NCBI GenBank assembly: GCA_965248435.1
Contig: OZ252100.1
Location: forward strand, 800,001 to 864,000
Source: Candidatus Latescibacterota bacterium
GTDB lineage: Bacteria > Latescibacterota > UBA2968 > GCA-2709665
Length of the DNA: 64,000 nt
Direction: 5' to 3'
The notes beneath the pieces were generated by a model that saw nothing but the letters and a program-made list of their open reading frames with translations, searched no databases and was not told the DNA's origin. How positions within the stretch are numbered: position 1 is the stretch's first letter; each line of letters begins with the position of its first letter. Of the stretch, positions 48,962-58,806 are shown piece by piece. A program made the translations under genes and the position numbers.

Positions 48962-48996
48962 AAAAGGTCGTGAACTTAATTTGTTCACGACCTTTT
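48962..48996. terminator. GGTCGTGA-family hairpin (copy 9), bidirectional terminator
   Basis: AAAAGGTCGTGAAC-TTAATTT-GTTCACGACCTTTT between convergent genes. Confidence 0.8.
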
Positions 48997-49030
48997 CTAG
49001 AACACGGTAGTGTGTTTCAAGATCACCCAT

Positions 49031-50959
49031 TCACTCAGCAACTCCCCCCTCTCCTGAAACCCTTTCGTCGTGCAGCTGGATCGCCCTTCCCACCATATCG
49101 CACACGAGGATCACATCCTTAAACGGCTTCTGCAGCTGAAGGTCAAACTGTGCGAGCCGATTATCGTCGTCCTCAAGTCTCCATCCAGTGATCAGCACCG
49201 TAACCAGGGCCGGGTCGATTTGCCTCATCTTTTCGGCGACCTGGTCCCCGGGAATCCCCGGCATCCCAAGGTCGATCAAAGCGACGTCGTGCTCTCCCGC
49301 GGTAAACTCCCCCAGGGCTTCCTCCGCCGCGAGAACCGTTTTTACTTCGTGGTCTTCGGATAGAATAGTTGTGAGGAATTCGCAAACCACATCCTCATCA
49401 TCGAGCACCAGGAGCCTTCCGCGTCGGGAGGAGGTCGGCTTGAAATCCGATTTTTCTTCTCCATACGTTCCTTCCCAAATTGGAAGGCAAACGGTGAACG
49501 TGGCTCCCTCTCCAGGTGAAGATTCCACATCGATAGTGCCCCCCCACCGGTTAACAGCTCCATACACAGTAGAAAGGCCCAGGCCCGTGCCTACGTCTGC
49601 CTTGGTTGTGAAAAACGGCTCAAACACGCGCTCTAGAATCTCCTTGTTCATGCCGTGGCCTGTGTCACACACGACCAGGCGAACGCTTCCATTCACGGTT
49701 TCCGTTGTGATGCGTATCGTGCCGCCTTCGGGCATCGACTCAACCGCGTTGAAAAGAAGATTCATCACAATGTCGTGAACACCGGACGATGTTCCCGCGA
49801 CGGCCGGAATATCTCCAAGGCTCGTAAGTATTCGGACCGTAAGCCCGTTCGCTTCAGATTCGTCCTTCCACCTGGGTTGAGTCGTTTCCAGGGTTTCCAC
49901 AACAATGGGATTCAGCTCGATCGGCTCTAAAATCTCTTCCTTTCTACGTACCGCCATGTAGAGGCGGTCAATCAGGCTCACTGCTCGATCGGTGCAATTC
50001 CGAATCATTGAAACGTAGCCCAGAAGCTTTGGGTCTTTCGTGTCCATTGCAAGCAACTGGGCCGGACCCACGATGCCGGTCAGAATATTATTCAGATTGT
50101 GGCTGATCCCCGCCGACATCTGTCCGAGCGCATTGAGACGCTGAACACGGATTAACTGATTTTGCGTCTTCTCGTGTTCTGCGACTTCATCCCTCACGCG
50201 ATCCTCCAACTCATCGTGGGCTGTCTGGAGCTCTGCTTTCGATTCATTCAGACGCTTTGTCATGGTGTTGAATGCGTTCGCGAGAGCCTCGAGCTCATCT
50301 CCTGAATCGATCTTGATTTTCCTTCCCAGATCTCCGTTCGATGCTGCTTCTGTGACCACCATCAATTTGTCCAAAGACCCGGTCAACCTCCGAACCAGGA
50401 TCAGGGCAAAGCCGATGCCTGCAGCGAGAAAGCAGAGGCCAAGCAGGATATTTCTGTTCCGCAGTGATGCGATTTCCTCGTGCATTTTTTCCAGCGAATA
50501 TCCGATTCTAACTCCACCCAGTTTGTGATCCTCAAGGGTGACGGGTTCCGCGACTTCCAGGACGTTCGGACCGAATTCCAGGTGGCCGGCGTCTGACCCA
50601 AGGACCTTCTGAATAACAGGGTCATCGGGCATCGTGAAGCGCAGGCTCGTTTCGCCCCAATGCGATCCATCTGTAACGATCATCCCCCGCTCGTTGAATA
50701 TGTGTGCGTAAACGACTTCCTCCTGGTTGAGGACATCATCCAGGAGCAGCCTCAGATCCTCAATGCGCAAAAGAGCCAGCGGATCCACCGCACTCGCGGC
50801 CAGAAGCGAGGCCATGGCCCTCGCCTTTTCCTCCAGCCGGGCTCTGATCGCCCGTTCCTTGGCCATGATGCCGATGACGGTAAACGTGATACTGAAGACG
50901 GTAAGCAAAACCGATATGAACAGAATGTATTTTCCCCTCAATCCCAATCTCATGATCAT
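49031..50959 (-). CDS. Membrane hybrid histidine kinase (HAMP-HisKA-HATPase-REC)
   Basis: Two TMs, DSGDELEALANAFN HAMP, ISHNLNN, FFTTK, GTGLGL, REC IDLGMP. Confidence 0.92.
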   Translation of the reverse strand: MIMRLGLRGKYILFISVLLTVFSITFTVIGIMAKERAIRARLEEKARAMASLLAASAVDPLALLRIEDLRLLLDDVLNQEEVVYAHIFNERGMIVTDGSHWGETSLRFTMPDDPVIQKVLGSDAGHLEFGPNVLEVAEPVTLEDHKLGGVRIGYSLEKMHEEIASLRNRNILLGLCFLAAGIGFALILVRRLTGSLDKLMVVTEAASNGDLGRKIKIDSGDELEALANAFNTMTKRLNESKAELQTAHDELEDRVRDEVAEHEKTQNQLIRVQRLNALGQMSAGISHNLNNILTGIVGPAQLLAMDTKDPKLLGYVSMIRNCTDRAVSLIDRLYMAVRRKEEILEPIELNPIVVETLETTQPRWKDESEANGLTVRILTSLGDIPAVAGTSSGVHDIVMNLLFNAVESMPEGGTIRITTETVNGSVRLVVCDTGHGMNKEILERVFEPFFTTKADVGTGLGLSTVYGAVNRWGGTIDVESSPGEGATFTVCLPIWEGTYGEEKSDFKPTSSRRGRLLVLDDEDVVCEFLTTILSEDHEVKTVLAAEEALGEFTAGEHDVALIDLGMPGIPGDQVAEKMRQIDPALVTVLITGWRLEDDDNRLAQFDLQLQKPFKDVILVCDMVGRAIQLHDERVSGEGGVAE

Positions 50960-50979
50960 CCTTCCCCGGCTTGAGTCCC

Positions 50980-51900
50980 TTATTTTGTAATGAATTCCAT
51001 CAAGGAGGTTAGGCCTTCATCCGCCCCCGCGTGAAACGTGTCAAATTTTTTCGTTTCTTGAAACCTGCGCAGCGAGTTCCTACCCTCCTCGCTTTCATCC
51101 ATCTCTAGAAGAATGTGCTCTATCTCAAACATCAAGGTTGAATCCATGCTGTTCCGGAAGGCGACGAGCTGTCGGGGGACAGAGGTCGACCGCTTTAGAA
51201 CTTTGAGCTCATCTATGCGCTCGCCGGACATGGCCGCGAAACTGCCATCATCCATGGCTCCCGCTGATGTCATTTTCTCCAGGACCCAGAAAATCGTATT
51301 CTCATCGTCCATCGAGAAAACGTAGCCCACTGTATCGGGAGAGACGTGCGCCGAAGGAGATTCAAACTTCCTGAGCACCAATCCGGACCGGCTGAGGACG
51401 GCCTTTGGGATCATGTATCCTGAAGTTGACGAAGGCTCGTCGAACGCCATCATCCTTCCTCCCAGATCCGAGACCGATTCAAGGCCGCTGTCCTCCCTAA
51501 CGAAGATCACGGTGTGATATTCCGACCTCCCCCTTTTCCACCGTCGGAGCAGTGGCGTCATTCCAGCGAGCCGGCTGACACTTAAAACCGGAAAAGCACT
51601 ATCGACATAGATATCGACTTCCTCTTTCGTTACAAGATCGACCATCTCCTGAATGGATTGAGCCACAACGACCCGACCACCGTCAATGCCCTTTCCTTTG
51701 AGCTGCGCGACCAGATAAGCTACCAGAGGTTGAAAGTCTGAGACCTCGTCTTTGACACTTGAAGCGATCGAGCCAACACGAATCACGCCCCCACCTTCAT
51801 CACCACCGGCTGGTCCTGCCCCGTCCAATGAGAGACCATGAAAAAGGAACAAAATGGCGGGGAGAGTTGCTAGGATGTAGGAGGTATGTTTCATCTTCAC
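50980..51900 (-). CDS. PhnD/PtxB-like phosphate/phosphonate-binding periplasmic protein
   Basis: YHTVIFVREDS..SDL.G..MAF..SSTSGYMIP; no ABC permease adjacent. Confidence 0.85.
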   Translation of the reverse strand: MKMKHTSYILATLPAILFLFHGLSLDGAGPAGGDEGGGVIRVGSIASSVKDEVSDFQPLVAYLVAQLKGKGIDGGRVVVAQSIQEMVDLVTKEEVDIYVDSAFPVLSVSRLAGMTPLLRRWKRGRSEYHTVIFVREDSGLESVSDLGGRMMAFDEPSSTSGYMIPKAVLSRSGLVLRKFESPSAHVSPDTVGYVFSMDDENTIFWVLEKMTSAGAMDDGSFAAMSGERIDELKVLKRSTSVPRQLVAFRNSMDSTLMFEIEHILLEMDESEEGRNSLRRFQETKKFDTFHAGADEGLTSLMEFITK

Positions 51901-51906
51901 TTGGGA

Positions 51907-54666
51907 CTAAAGGTCGAACTTCAGGCCAGCGTGACCCCACCAGGAATAGAATTCCTGCTGAATGGGCCAATTGGCATTCATTGTGTAAAGTCGAAAAGGC
52001 GAATCCGTGACGTTGACCAATTCGACGAACAGGCGTAGCTTCGGCTGAATGCGCTGGCTAGCGGAAATGTCCAGCTGGGCGTGACGATCGTAGTAGACAT
52101 CTCTGTCCGCCGTTTCGCCAAGGAAGAAAATAAACGCACCGTGGAAATTCAGCGCGGCACGACCTGAAAAGCCGTCGCGTTCATAGGTCAAAGCGGCGTT
52201 TCCGACGTGCGCAGTCTGTCCCGGAAGTTGTGTTCTGCCTGAACGACCCGCCACGTTGGCCCGTGAGTTGGTGAAGGTGTAATTCGAGTAGATTCCGAAC
52301 CCTCCGAGGACACCGGGTAGTGTGTTAAACCGCTGCTGCCAGGAAATCTCAAGCCCCGCCAGGCTGGCACGGCCCCCGTTTCGGGGCTCGGTGACGAGGA
52401 ACTGATCATAAATTCCCCCGGATCTTTCGAATTCAAAGGTGTAGATGTAATCACTGAGCCGCTTGTAGAAGAACCCGCCGGAGATCACACCCACGGATCG
52501 AAAATAATGTTCCAGGAGAAGATCGAAATTTACCGACGTCGTCGGAAGGAGGTCGGCGTTCCCCAGGTCCAATTCTTCGTCCTCCCTGTCTACAAGCACG
52601 TAGGGGACAAGGTCGTAGTAGTTCGGGCGGGCCAGTGAGCGTGTCAGTCCCATCCTCAGATTTGTATTCTGCCCAATCCCATAGCGCAGGTGCAGCGCAG
52701 GAAAGAAGTGCCGGTAGGTGTTTTCTCCTCGTGTGATGCTGGTACTCAAATAGCTTCCGTCTTCTTCGAGTATCACATCATTGCCCGAGTATGAAAGATC
52801 TGTCTGCTCGTAGCGCAGACCCAAAAGCATGGACCAGTCCGCAGCGTTAACGCGGGTCTGTGCATAGGCCGCGTAGACACTCTCTGTCGCCTCGTAGTTT
52901 GCCGGATCGGTGTCTTCCCGGGACTGGTCTGAATTGAGTTTGAAACGGTCTTCTTCTTCCTCATAAAGGCGACGAACCTGGTCTGGATCAGGTGATCTGC
53001 CGACAGAGTAGCGCTTATTGTTCATCGCCCGCCCCGTTGACTCTCCTACAACCCGAGCCAGGTTCAGATCACCCTCATAGCCATCCATCAGACGAAGGTC
53101 GTTCTCCCGAATTTTCTTTTTGAATCTCGCCTTGCCCCCGAACTCCACGATGCCAGGGAAACCTCGTAGATTGCCTGGAATATCAAGGTCGAATCTTAGA
53201 CCCAAGTTCCGTTCCCAGGTCAGGTTGTCCTGAAGTTCGAGTTCTTTGAAGCTGAAGGCCTTCGGGTCGAAAATATCGCTTCCATTGGTAACGGAGGTGA
53301 TCGGGAACTGCATGTCGGTGATGTCGTATAACATGTCCACCTTCTTCTGTTCAAATACAATGTCCCTTCTGTTCGGCTCCTTCTCCGAGGCGTATGAATA
53401 TGACAGTCCGTACTCGGTGTTCATTGAAGGGAACGAATGGTTCAGCCCGGCCTGGATACTGTAGATGTCCTGTACCTCGTACCGGTCTTTCAACTTTCGC
53501 TCCACGCGGCCATCCCTCACATCCGTTAGAGATTCGTAATCGCCCTTGTCAAACCGAAATCTCAGGCGGCGTTGATATTCCTGATCCCCAAACCGGTTGA
53601 AAATTCCACGAAGGTTCAGCGAAGTCTGCTCGCCCAAACGGTAATCCATCACGCCGCTGATACCGAGTCGCTCACGTGTGAACGTGTAGTCCCGAATCTG
53701 GTAATCTCTCAAGACCGGTCTATCCGCCCCGCCGGCCGCCCGAGATGCCCATTTGAATTCGTTGTTGTCCGACCCTCGGTCAGTCTTGTAATAACTCCCA
53801 CTCAACATATATCCGAAGGAGCCGTCTGGGCCTACCCGTTTCCCATAGGTAACCGACCCCTGGAGGTTCGAATCAGTCACCAGGCGGTTATAGCCAGTCG
53901 CCAGAGTTGCCTTTAGAATCGTGGTTTGATCGACGGCCTCCTTCGAGGCCAGATTCACAGCCCCTCCGATTCCGTCGGCATCCATGTCCGAAGTAAGGGT
54001 CTTGTTCACGTCGATCGTGGCAACCTGATCTGCGGGGATGACGTCCAGCGCGGCGTATCGCACTTCTCCTTCAGGAGCAGGGATCGCTTCACCGTCGATT
54101 GTCACTGAAGTGAGCCTCGGTGACGTTCCTCGAATCAGGACATATCGCCCCTCTCCCTGGTCCCTCGTTATCGAGATTCCCGGAACACGTTGAATGGCCT
54201 CTGCGACATTCGGGTCGGGAAAACGTCCCGTCTGGTCGGCAGACACGACGTTTTTGATGTTGTTCGCCGTCTTCTGCAAGTTGAGTGCCCGGGCCTGGCC
54301 GTAACGGGCCCCCTCTACGATCATGGGCTCCAGCTCGAATCTAATTACATCAAGCGCGACCGCGCCGGTGGACGATGTCTTTCCATTCTCCACCGTGATG
54401 TCGAGGTGTTCGCTCCGATAACCCAGATAGGAAAAGACAAGGTTATGGTTTCCTGCCGGCACGCCTGCGATTCGGAATGTTCCCGCAACGCCCGTCGCAA
54501 TTCCCATTCGAGTCTGTTCGATAACGACATTCGTTCCCGGGAGTGGGTCGCCAGTCTTACCATCGATGACGCGGCCCGTTACAATGCCGCCAGTTCTGGA
54601 CTGCGCATCCGTGCAAAGTGCGGCAATAAAAAGGAGAGCCAGGAATTGTATTTTGAATTGCTTCAT
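51907..54666 (-). CDS. TonB-dependent receptor
   Basis: FPDPNVAEAIQRVPGISITRDQGEGRYVLIRG, DADGIGGAVNL, GNADL.P, C-terminal GLKFDL. Confidence 0.94.
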   Translation of the reverse strand: MKQFKIQFLALLFIAALCTDAQSRTGGIVTGRVIDGKTGDPLPGTNVVIEQTRMGIATGVAGTFRIAGVPAGNHNLVFSYLGYRSEHLDITVENGKTSSTGAVALDVIRFELEPMIVEGARYGQARALNLQKTANNIKNVVSADQTGRFPDPNVAEAIQRVPGISITRDQGEGRYVLIRGTSPRLTSVTIDGEAIPAPEGEVRYAALDVIPADQVATIDVNKTLTSDMDADGIGGAVNLASKEAVDQTTILKATLATGYNRLVTDSNLQGSVTYGKRVGPDGSFGYMLSGSYYKTDRGSDNNEFKWASRAAGGADRPVLRDYQIRDYTFTRERLGISGVMDYRLGEQTSLNLRGIFNRFGDQEYQRRLRFRFDKGDYESLTDVRDGRVERKLKDRYEVQDIYSIQAGLNHSFPSMNTEYGLSYSYASEKEPNRRDIVFEQKKVDMLYDITDMQFPITSVTNGSDIFDPKAFSFKELELQDNLTWERNLGLRFDLDIPGNLRGFPGIVEFGGKARFKKKIRENDLRLMDGYEGDLNLARVVGESTGRAMNNKRYSVGRSPDPDQVRRLYEEEEDRFKLNSDQSREDTDPANYEATESVYAAYAQTRVNAADWSMLLGLRYEQTDLSYSGNDVILEEDGSYLSTSITRGENTYRHFFPALHLRYGIGQNTNLRMGLTRSLARPNYYDLVPYVLVDREDEELDLGNADLLPTTSVNFDLLLEHYFRSVGVISGGFFYKRLSDYIYTFEFERSGGIYDQFLVTEPRNGGRASLAGLEISWQQRFNTLPGVLGGFGIYSNYTFTNSRANVAGRSGRTQLPGQTAHVGNAALTYERDGFSGRAALNFHGAFIFFLGETADRDVYYDRHAQLDISASQRIQPKLRLFVELVNVTDSPFRLYTMNANWPIQQEFYSWWGHAGLKFDL

Positions 54667-54937
54667 GGGTGACTTCTAGTGATGACCCGATTCGTGAGTC
54701 GGCCTATTAGCTGAAAATCAAAAGGCTCAACGGCGTAATTCGTTTAGCCAGACTGTCGAGCCCCCCGACGTCCCAGGCGGATAGCCAACTCGAGTGGTGA
54801 ACGACCCAACACCCGCCACAAACCGTCGTAACTACTATAAGAATAAGGATATCTAACCGTTTTGTCAACAAATCAGAGTTTACAGATGGATAGGAGGAAG
54901 TCTTGAGGTAGAAAGGTGGGCTTGATTGAAGAAGATT

Positions 54938-54971
54938 AGAAGGTCGTGAGCAAGCGTGCCCACGACCTTCT
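54938..54971. terminator. GGTCGTGA-family hairpin (copy 10)
   Basis: AGAAGGTCGTG..CACGACCTTCT downstream of the kinase remnant stop. Confidence 0.7.
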
Positions 54972-55005
54972 TTCTGTTTCAAGCATCGACCAGATCAGGA
55001 CAAGA

Positions 55006-55946
55006 TTAGGCCTTCGCAGCTTTACTCCCGGAAAACGGCAAGCTGATCGTAACGTCCGTCCCTCTTCCCACTTCACTCTCAATTCTGATATCTCCCTCGT
55101 GCTTTCGGACGATGTTATACGCGGTTGAGAGACCCGAGTGCATTTTTACGCGTGTCCCTCCGGCCGAAAACCCGAAATCGAAGATTCTCTCTAGCCTCTG
55201 CTGTCGATTCTAAGTCGAAGATCCAGATTACCCTCTGCGACACTACCAGCTGCCTGGGCGAGCTGCTTGACGGGTACTGTGACCAGACGAACGAGCACCA
55301 CGGCCATCGACGTCGACACAAGCGCGGTCACGATAAGCAGTAGGATGAAGATCCTGCGGGTCTCCCGATACGTCTCATCAGCCCTTTGGGCGGCCTCGAG
55401 GGAGCCTTGTTGATTGATGTTTACGAGTTCCTCCAAATCGTCTGCAAACGCGTTGAAGACTTCCAGCGCTTCTCCGTTGAGCAGCTTTACGGCTTTCTCG
55501 CTTTCATTCTCCCGGGAGTGTTTGAAGATCTGAAAAAACAGGTCCTGATACATCTCCCAGCGCTGAGTGAACCTGTTGAAGAGAGACCGCTCCTCATCAG
55601 AATACAGGTTCCTTTGCTCGGAGTATCGCTTGAGCTCTTCGTATGTGTCCAGGTTCTCGTTGATCTTGTCAACGAGGACGATCATCAGTTTCGCCTGTTC
55701 TTCTTTAAGGGCCGGGTTAGCCGCAAAAGCGTGCTGGAGCTGGTAAAGTCTGAGGTCTGACGTATAGAGATTGATATCGGAAATTGCCGAAATCCGTTTC
55801 AGCCAATTGGAGGTCACTTCGTCGATCTCATTCTTCAGCTCCTGGATCTGCAGCAGGTAATACACATTGACACCCGCCATGATCAGAAGAATGAGTCCAA
55901 ATCCGATCATCTGCTTGGTGCCAAGCCTCAAGTCTCTAAACGTCAC
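55006..55946 (-). pseudogene. Sensor histidine kinase (4HB_MCP sensor-TM-HAMP) with large internal deletion
   Basis: ORF 55191..55946 stops inside HAMP; about 55 nt later another frame gives GLSTAYNIVRKHEGDIRIESEVGRGTDVTISLP* (HATPase tail, 55006-55134). Confidence 0.8.
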
Positions 55947-55973
55947 GTCAGACCTCTAGGTCGTAGAAGAGGA

Positions 55974-56417
55974 TTAACCTTTCTTCCGGAAGGTGAGCGT
56001 CTTCACTCTTGCGTCAGTACTGTCACGACTCACATAACCTATTGCCCCCGGGGTTGAAGACACTCTTTCAACAACGGCAGACTCCGACGGCATGGATTCT
56101 GGAGGGTCACCCTCCCCAGACAGCATGCGCTTCATCCAAATCGACTTCATCCTGAATGGGGATCGCCCGATGAGTTTGAAGAAAGACTCCTGGGCAGCAG
56201 TCTTCATCTGAAGCGTGAATGGGACGATCGGCCTCCCATCATCCCAGTGTCTGGCGTCACCCGTGTAAAGGTCAATCAGCTCCGTACGCGTTATTCGATC
56301 GACGGGCACGTCTTTATGTACAATGACGATGACCTCCCCAAGTGATTGCTCGGGGAAAGACAGCAAGAGGAACATCACAGCTAGAATATACGGGACCATT
56401 GTAACCGTGTTTCCCAA
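55974..56417 (-). CDS. Small periplasmic binding protein-like (single PBP lobe)
   Basis: Signal peptide, VIVH...ELIDLYTG...W, V..VSSTPGAIGYV. Confidence 0.8.
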   Translation of the reverse strand: MGNTVTMVPYILAVMFLLLSFPEQSLGEVIVIVHKDVPVDRITRTELIDLYTGDARHWDDGRPIVPFTLQMKTAAQESFFKLIGRSPFRMKSIWMKRMLSGEGDPPESMPSESAVVERVSSTPGAIGYVSRDSTDARVKTLTFRKKG

Positions 56418-56420
56418 CCC

Positions 56421-57590
56421 TCAAAAGAAGACAGATACTGCGGCAGAGTAAAAATCTTGCTTACTTTTAATTACTTCAGCGGGTATAACGGGGGGGTCCA
56501 CCTGGATAACTATTTCTTCAGCGGGTGCAGCGGGGAGATCCACCTTGAGCTCATCCGTTATGTTCACACGTCCTGCTTGAGCCTTGAAGGTGATTCGGTC
56601 GTGGATGTAGTAGGAAATTCCGCTGCTCAACACCTTGGCAGAAAAATCGACATGCGTAAGCTTTTCCACGTTATGCCAGTACGTAGCGTAGACAGACAAC
56701 CCTCCGCTGAGGTAAACCCCGAGCGTTCCATAGTAGAAGTTCTTGTCCAAGCTGATATCGGGTGCACGGTCTCGATACGACACACGAATCCACTCCCCCT
56801 CCGCATACAGGTTCCCGACATCGAACGAAAAATCCGCGCCCAGCCTGAATCTCGGAATATTCTTGAAATCCGACCTCGGCCGGAATAACTTGTAGACCTT
56901 GAGGATATTGCCGGTTACACTCGCCCTGTCGCGGGTCGCTGAAAATCCCAGCTTCATCGTCTTGTAACGTAGGCCGACCCTCCCGCCTACGAGGAACGAC
57001 GAAGTCGTGTCGACTCCTGTTTGACCCAGATCGCTGTCATCGTTGACCTGAGCGCTGTTGCCAATAAAGAGGGCGTAATCGAGCTTCATCTCGTTCGATG
57101 GTAGGAATCCGTAGACCTGGAAGAAAGCGCGAGTCGGAACGTACTCTTCGACAAAAATGAATTCCTCGAACGAGGTTTCATACACGAATGGGCGGATCAC
57201 GTAGGGCAGCAGCGGCGATCTGTTCTTGATTTCGTTAAAGTTGTTGAACGTGGGAATCTGAAGGCCGACCCTCATACTCATCTTTCCGCCCGTGCGATAC
57301 TTGACCCAGGCCTCCTCGAACTTGAGAGATCCAAAATTCCGCCCTGAATCGAAGCTGTTCACGCCCTCGATGTTGACAAACGCCGACCATCTCCTCGCCA
57401 GCGTCTTTTGAAAAAAAATGTTGAGCTGCTGCAGGCTGAAGGAGTTGAACTTGGTGCCGCTCTCGCGCACTTCGTGATGAATCAACGTCTGGAAATACCC
57501 GAAGATCCGGATCGGACCGTCTTCAGCGGCGGCTTCACGCCCTCCCAAAACCAGGAAGGTCGCGGCCAGGATGATTCGTAGAGGGTTCAC
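56421..57590 (-). CDS. Porin-like outer-membrane beta-barrel protein
   Basis: GTG start VNPLRII with signal peptide; IFGYFQ, EEAWVKY, amphipathic strands, C-terminal VSVFF. Confidence 0.72.
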   Translation of the reverse strand: MNPLRIILAATFLVLGGREAAAEDGPIRIFGYFQTLIHHEVRESGTKFNSFSLQQLNIFFQKTLARRWSAFVNIEGVNSFDSGRNFGSLKFEEAWVKYRTGGKMSMRVGLQIPTFNNFNEIKNRSPLLPYVIRPFVYETSFEEFIFVEEYVPTRAFFQVYGFLPSNEMKLDYALFIGNSAQVNDDSDLGQTGVDTTSSFLVGGRVGLRYKTMKLGFSATRDRASVTGNILKVYKLFRPRSDFKNIPRFRLGADFSFDVGNLYAEGEWIRVSYRDRAPDISLDKNFYYGTLGVYLSGGLSVYATYWHNVEKLTHVDFSAKVLSSGISYYIHDRITFKAQAGRVNITDELKVDLPAAPAEEIVIQVDPPVIPAEVIKSKQDFYSAAVSVFF

Positions 57591-57885
57591 GCTGGGAAGG
57601 TTCCCTTTATGGATAATTCTCTGAGCGAACTTGTGATTTTGGCTATAACAGATGGAGAAGGACCCGCAACCAACGCAACTAAGGTAATCATCCGAACTTG
57701 GATGGGCAAACTCTGTATCCGGGCCGAAAGCGGCCTTTAGGGAACACACGGCCCGACACCCCCGCAACCGAAATTCTGCACAGCGGGACGAGCCGCTACG
57801 GGCCGAGTAAGGTCCAGAAACACAAAAACCGGAGCCCATTCTGAGCTTCGGTCTCGAAATTCCATTTCTCTCGCTTTTCTACCCT

Positions 57886-58722
57886 CTATCCATCTCCGTC
57901 CGACACCAGAGGCCTCTCGGGCGCCTCTTTGTGAAACGTGATGTCGGCGTACCAGGTCGACGCCCGACTTTTCGTATTGTCCGAATCCGTCATCAGATAG
58001 ACCCGCAGAATCTTGCCCGGTTCTTCGCCGGGATAGGCCTTTTTGTAATCCTCGTAAAGGTCACGGACTTCCGGGACCCAGGTCCCGGGATGCTCCAACC
58101 CGCTTTCTGCCACGAAGCGCCACCACTTCAGCTTCCAGATCTTGGGAATAATCGTCGTTTCCGCCCTGAACATCAGGTCTTCCGGAAGTGTTTTCGACCA
58201 GATGTAGGCGACTTCTCGGATCGAGCTGCTGCCCTTCCTCTGGATCGTGATCCCGAATTTCGCCGGAAAGTCGTCGTATTTGCTTTTCAGTTTCTTGCCC
58301 TGCTCGACCTGCTGATCCTTCATCGTCGCATAGTCCACCTTCCAGCGCCACGAGACGTAACGAAACTCCGAGACCTCGATCAGGGCATCCACGCCCCTCT
58401 CGCTGATCTCGCTGTTGAGGCTCCGAGGCGGCCGCTCGCAATCCTCCAGCCATGCATTCGATTCCCGATCGAGCACCATCGGCGTGTTATTTACCGTGGG
58501 GATCTGCCAGATCAGTCCCGTGGATTGCTCGCTGGTAATCTGGACCGTGTTGCCGAAGTAGTTGAACTGCGTCGCCGATTTGCATTCGTGCCAGTCTCTC
58601 CGGTACCATTGATCCATATCCACTGACGCCTCGTCCGCCCGATCTTTGGCGTGTCCCGGGATCCCGTGCAGCGCCAGTACGACGGCGCAAAGGACCCCCG
58701 CGGCTATCAGGTGCTTTGTCAT
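57886..58722 (-). CDS. DUF3047-domain exported protein
   Basis: SWRWKV, DDFPAK, YIWS, RDLYEDYKKAY..E.P..LMTDSDNT...YADI. Confidence 0.82.
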   Translation of the reverse strand: MTKHLIAAGVLCAVVLALHGIPGHAKDRADEASVDMDQWYRRDWHECKSATQFNYFGNTVQITSEQSTGLIWQIPTVNNTPMVLDRESNAWLEDCERPPRSLNSEISERGVDALIEVSEFRYVSWRWKVDYATMKDQQVEQGKKLKSKYDDFPAKFGITIQRKGSSSIREVAYIWSKTLPEDLMFRAETTIIPKIWKLKWWRFVAESGLEHPGTWVPEVRDLYEDYKKAYPGEEPGKILRVYLMTDSDNTKSRASTWYADITFHKEAPERPLVSDGDG

Positions 58723-58806
58723 ACGGTTCGGTGAAGACCGAACGGCGTTTGAAATCACGAATTTCTTCATCTAGGATTGCCGATCCAACTGCTTCGGTGC
58801 GTTCGC

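Noticed and set aside
54840-54890. Pho box upstream of the TBDR
   Set aside because: TGT-containing half sites are not in clean 11-bp phase.
5363-54971. Hairpin family as a CRISPR array
   Set aside because: Copies are kilobases apart with variable loops; no regular repeat-spacer structure and no cas genes.
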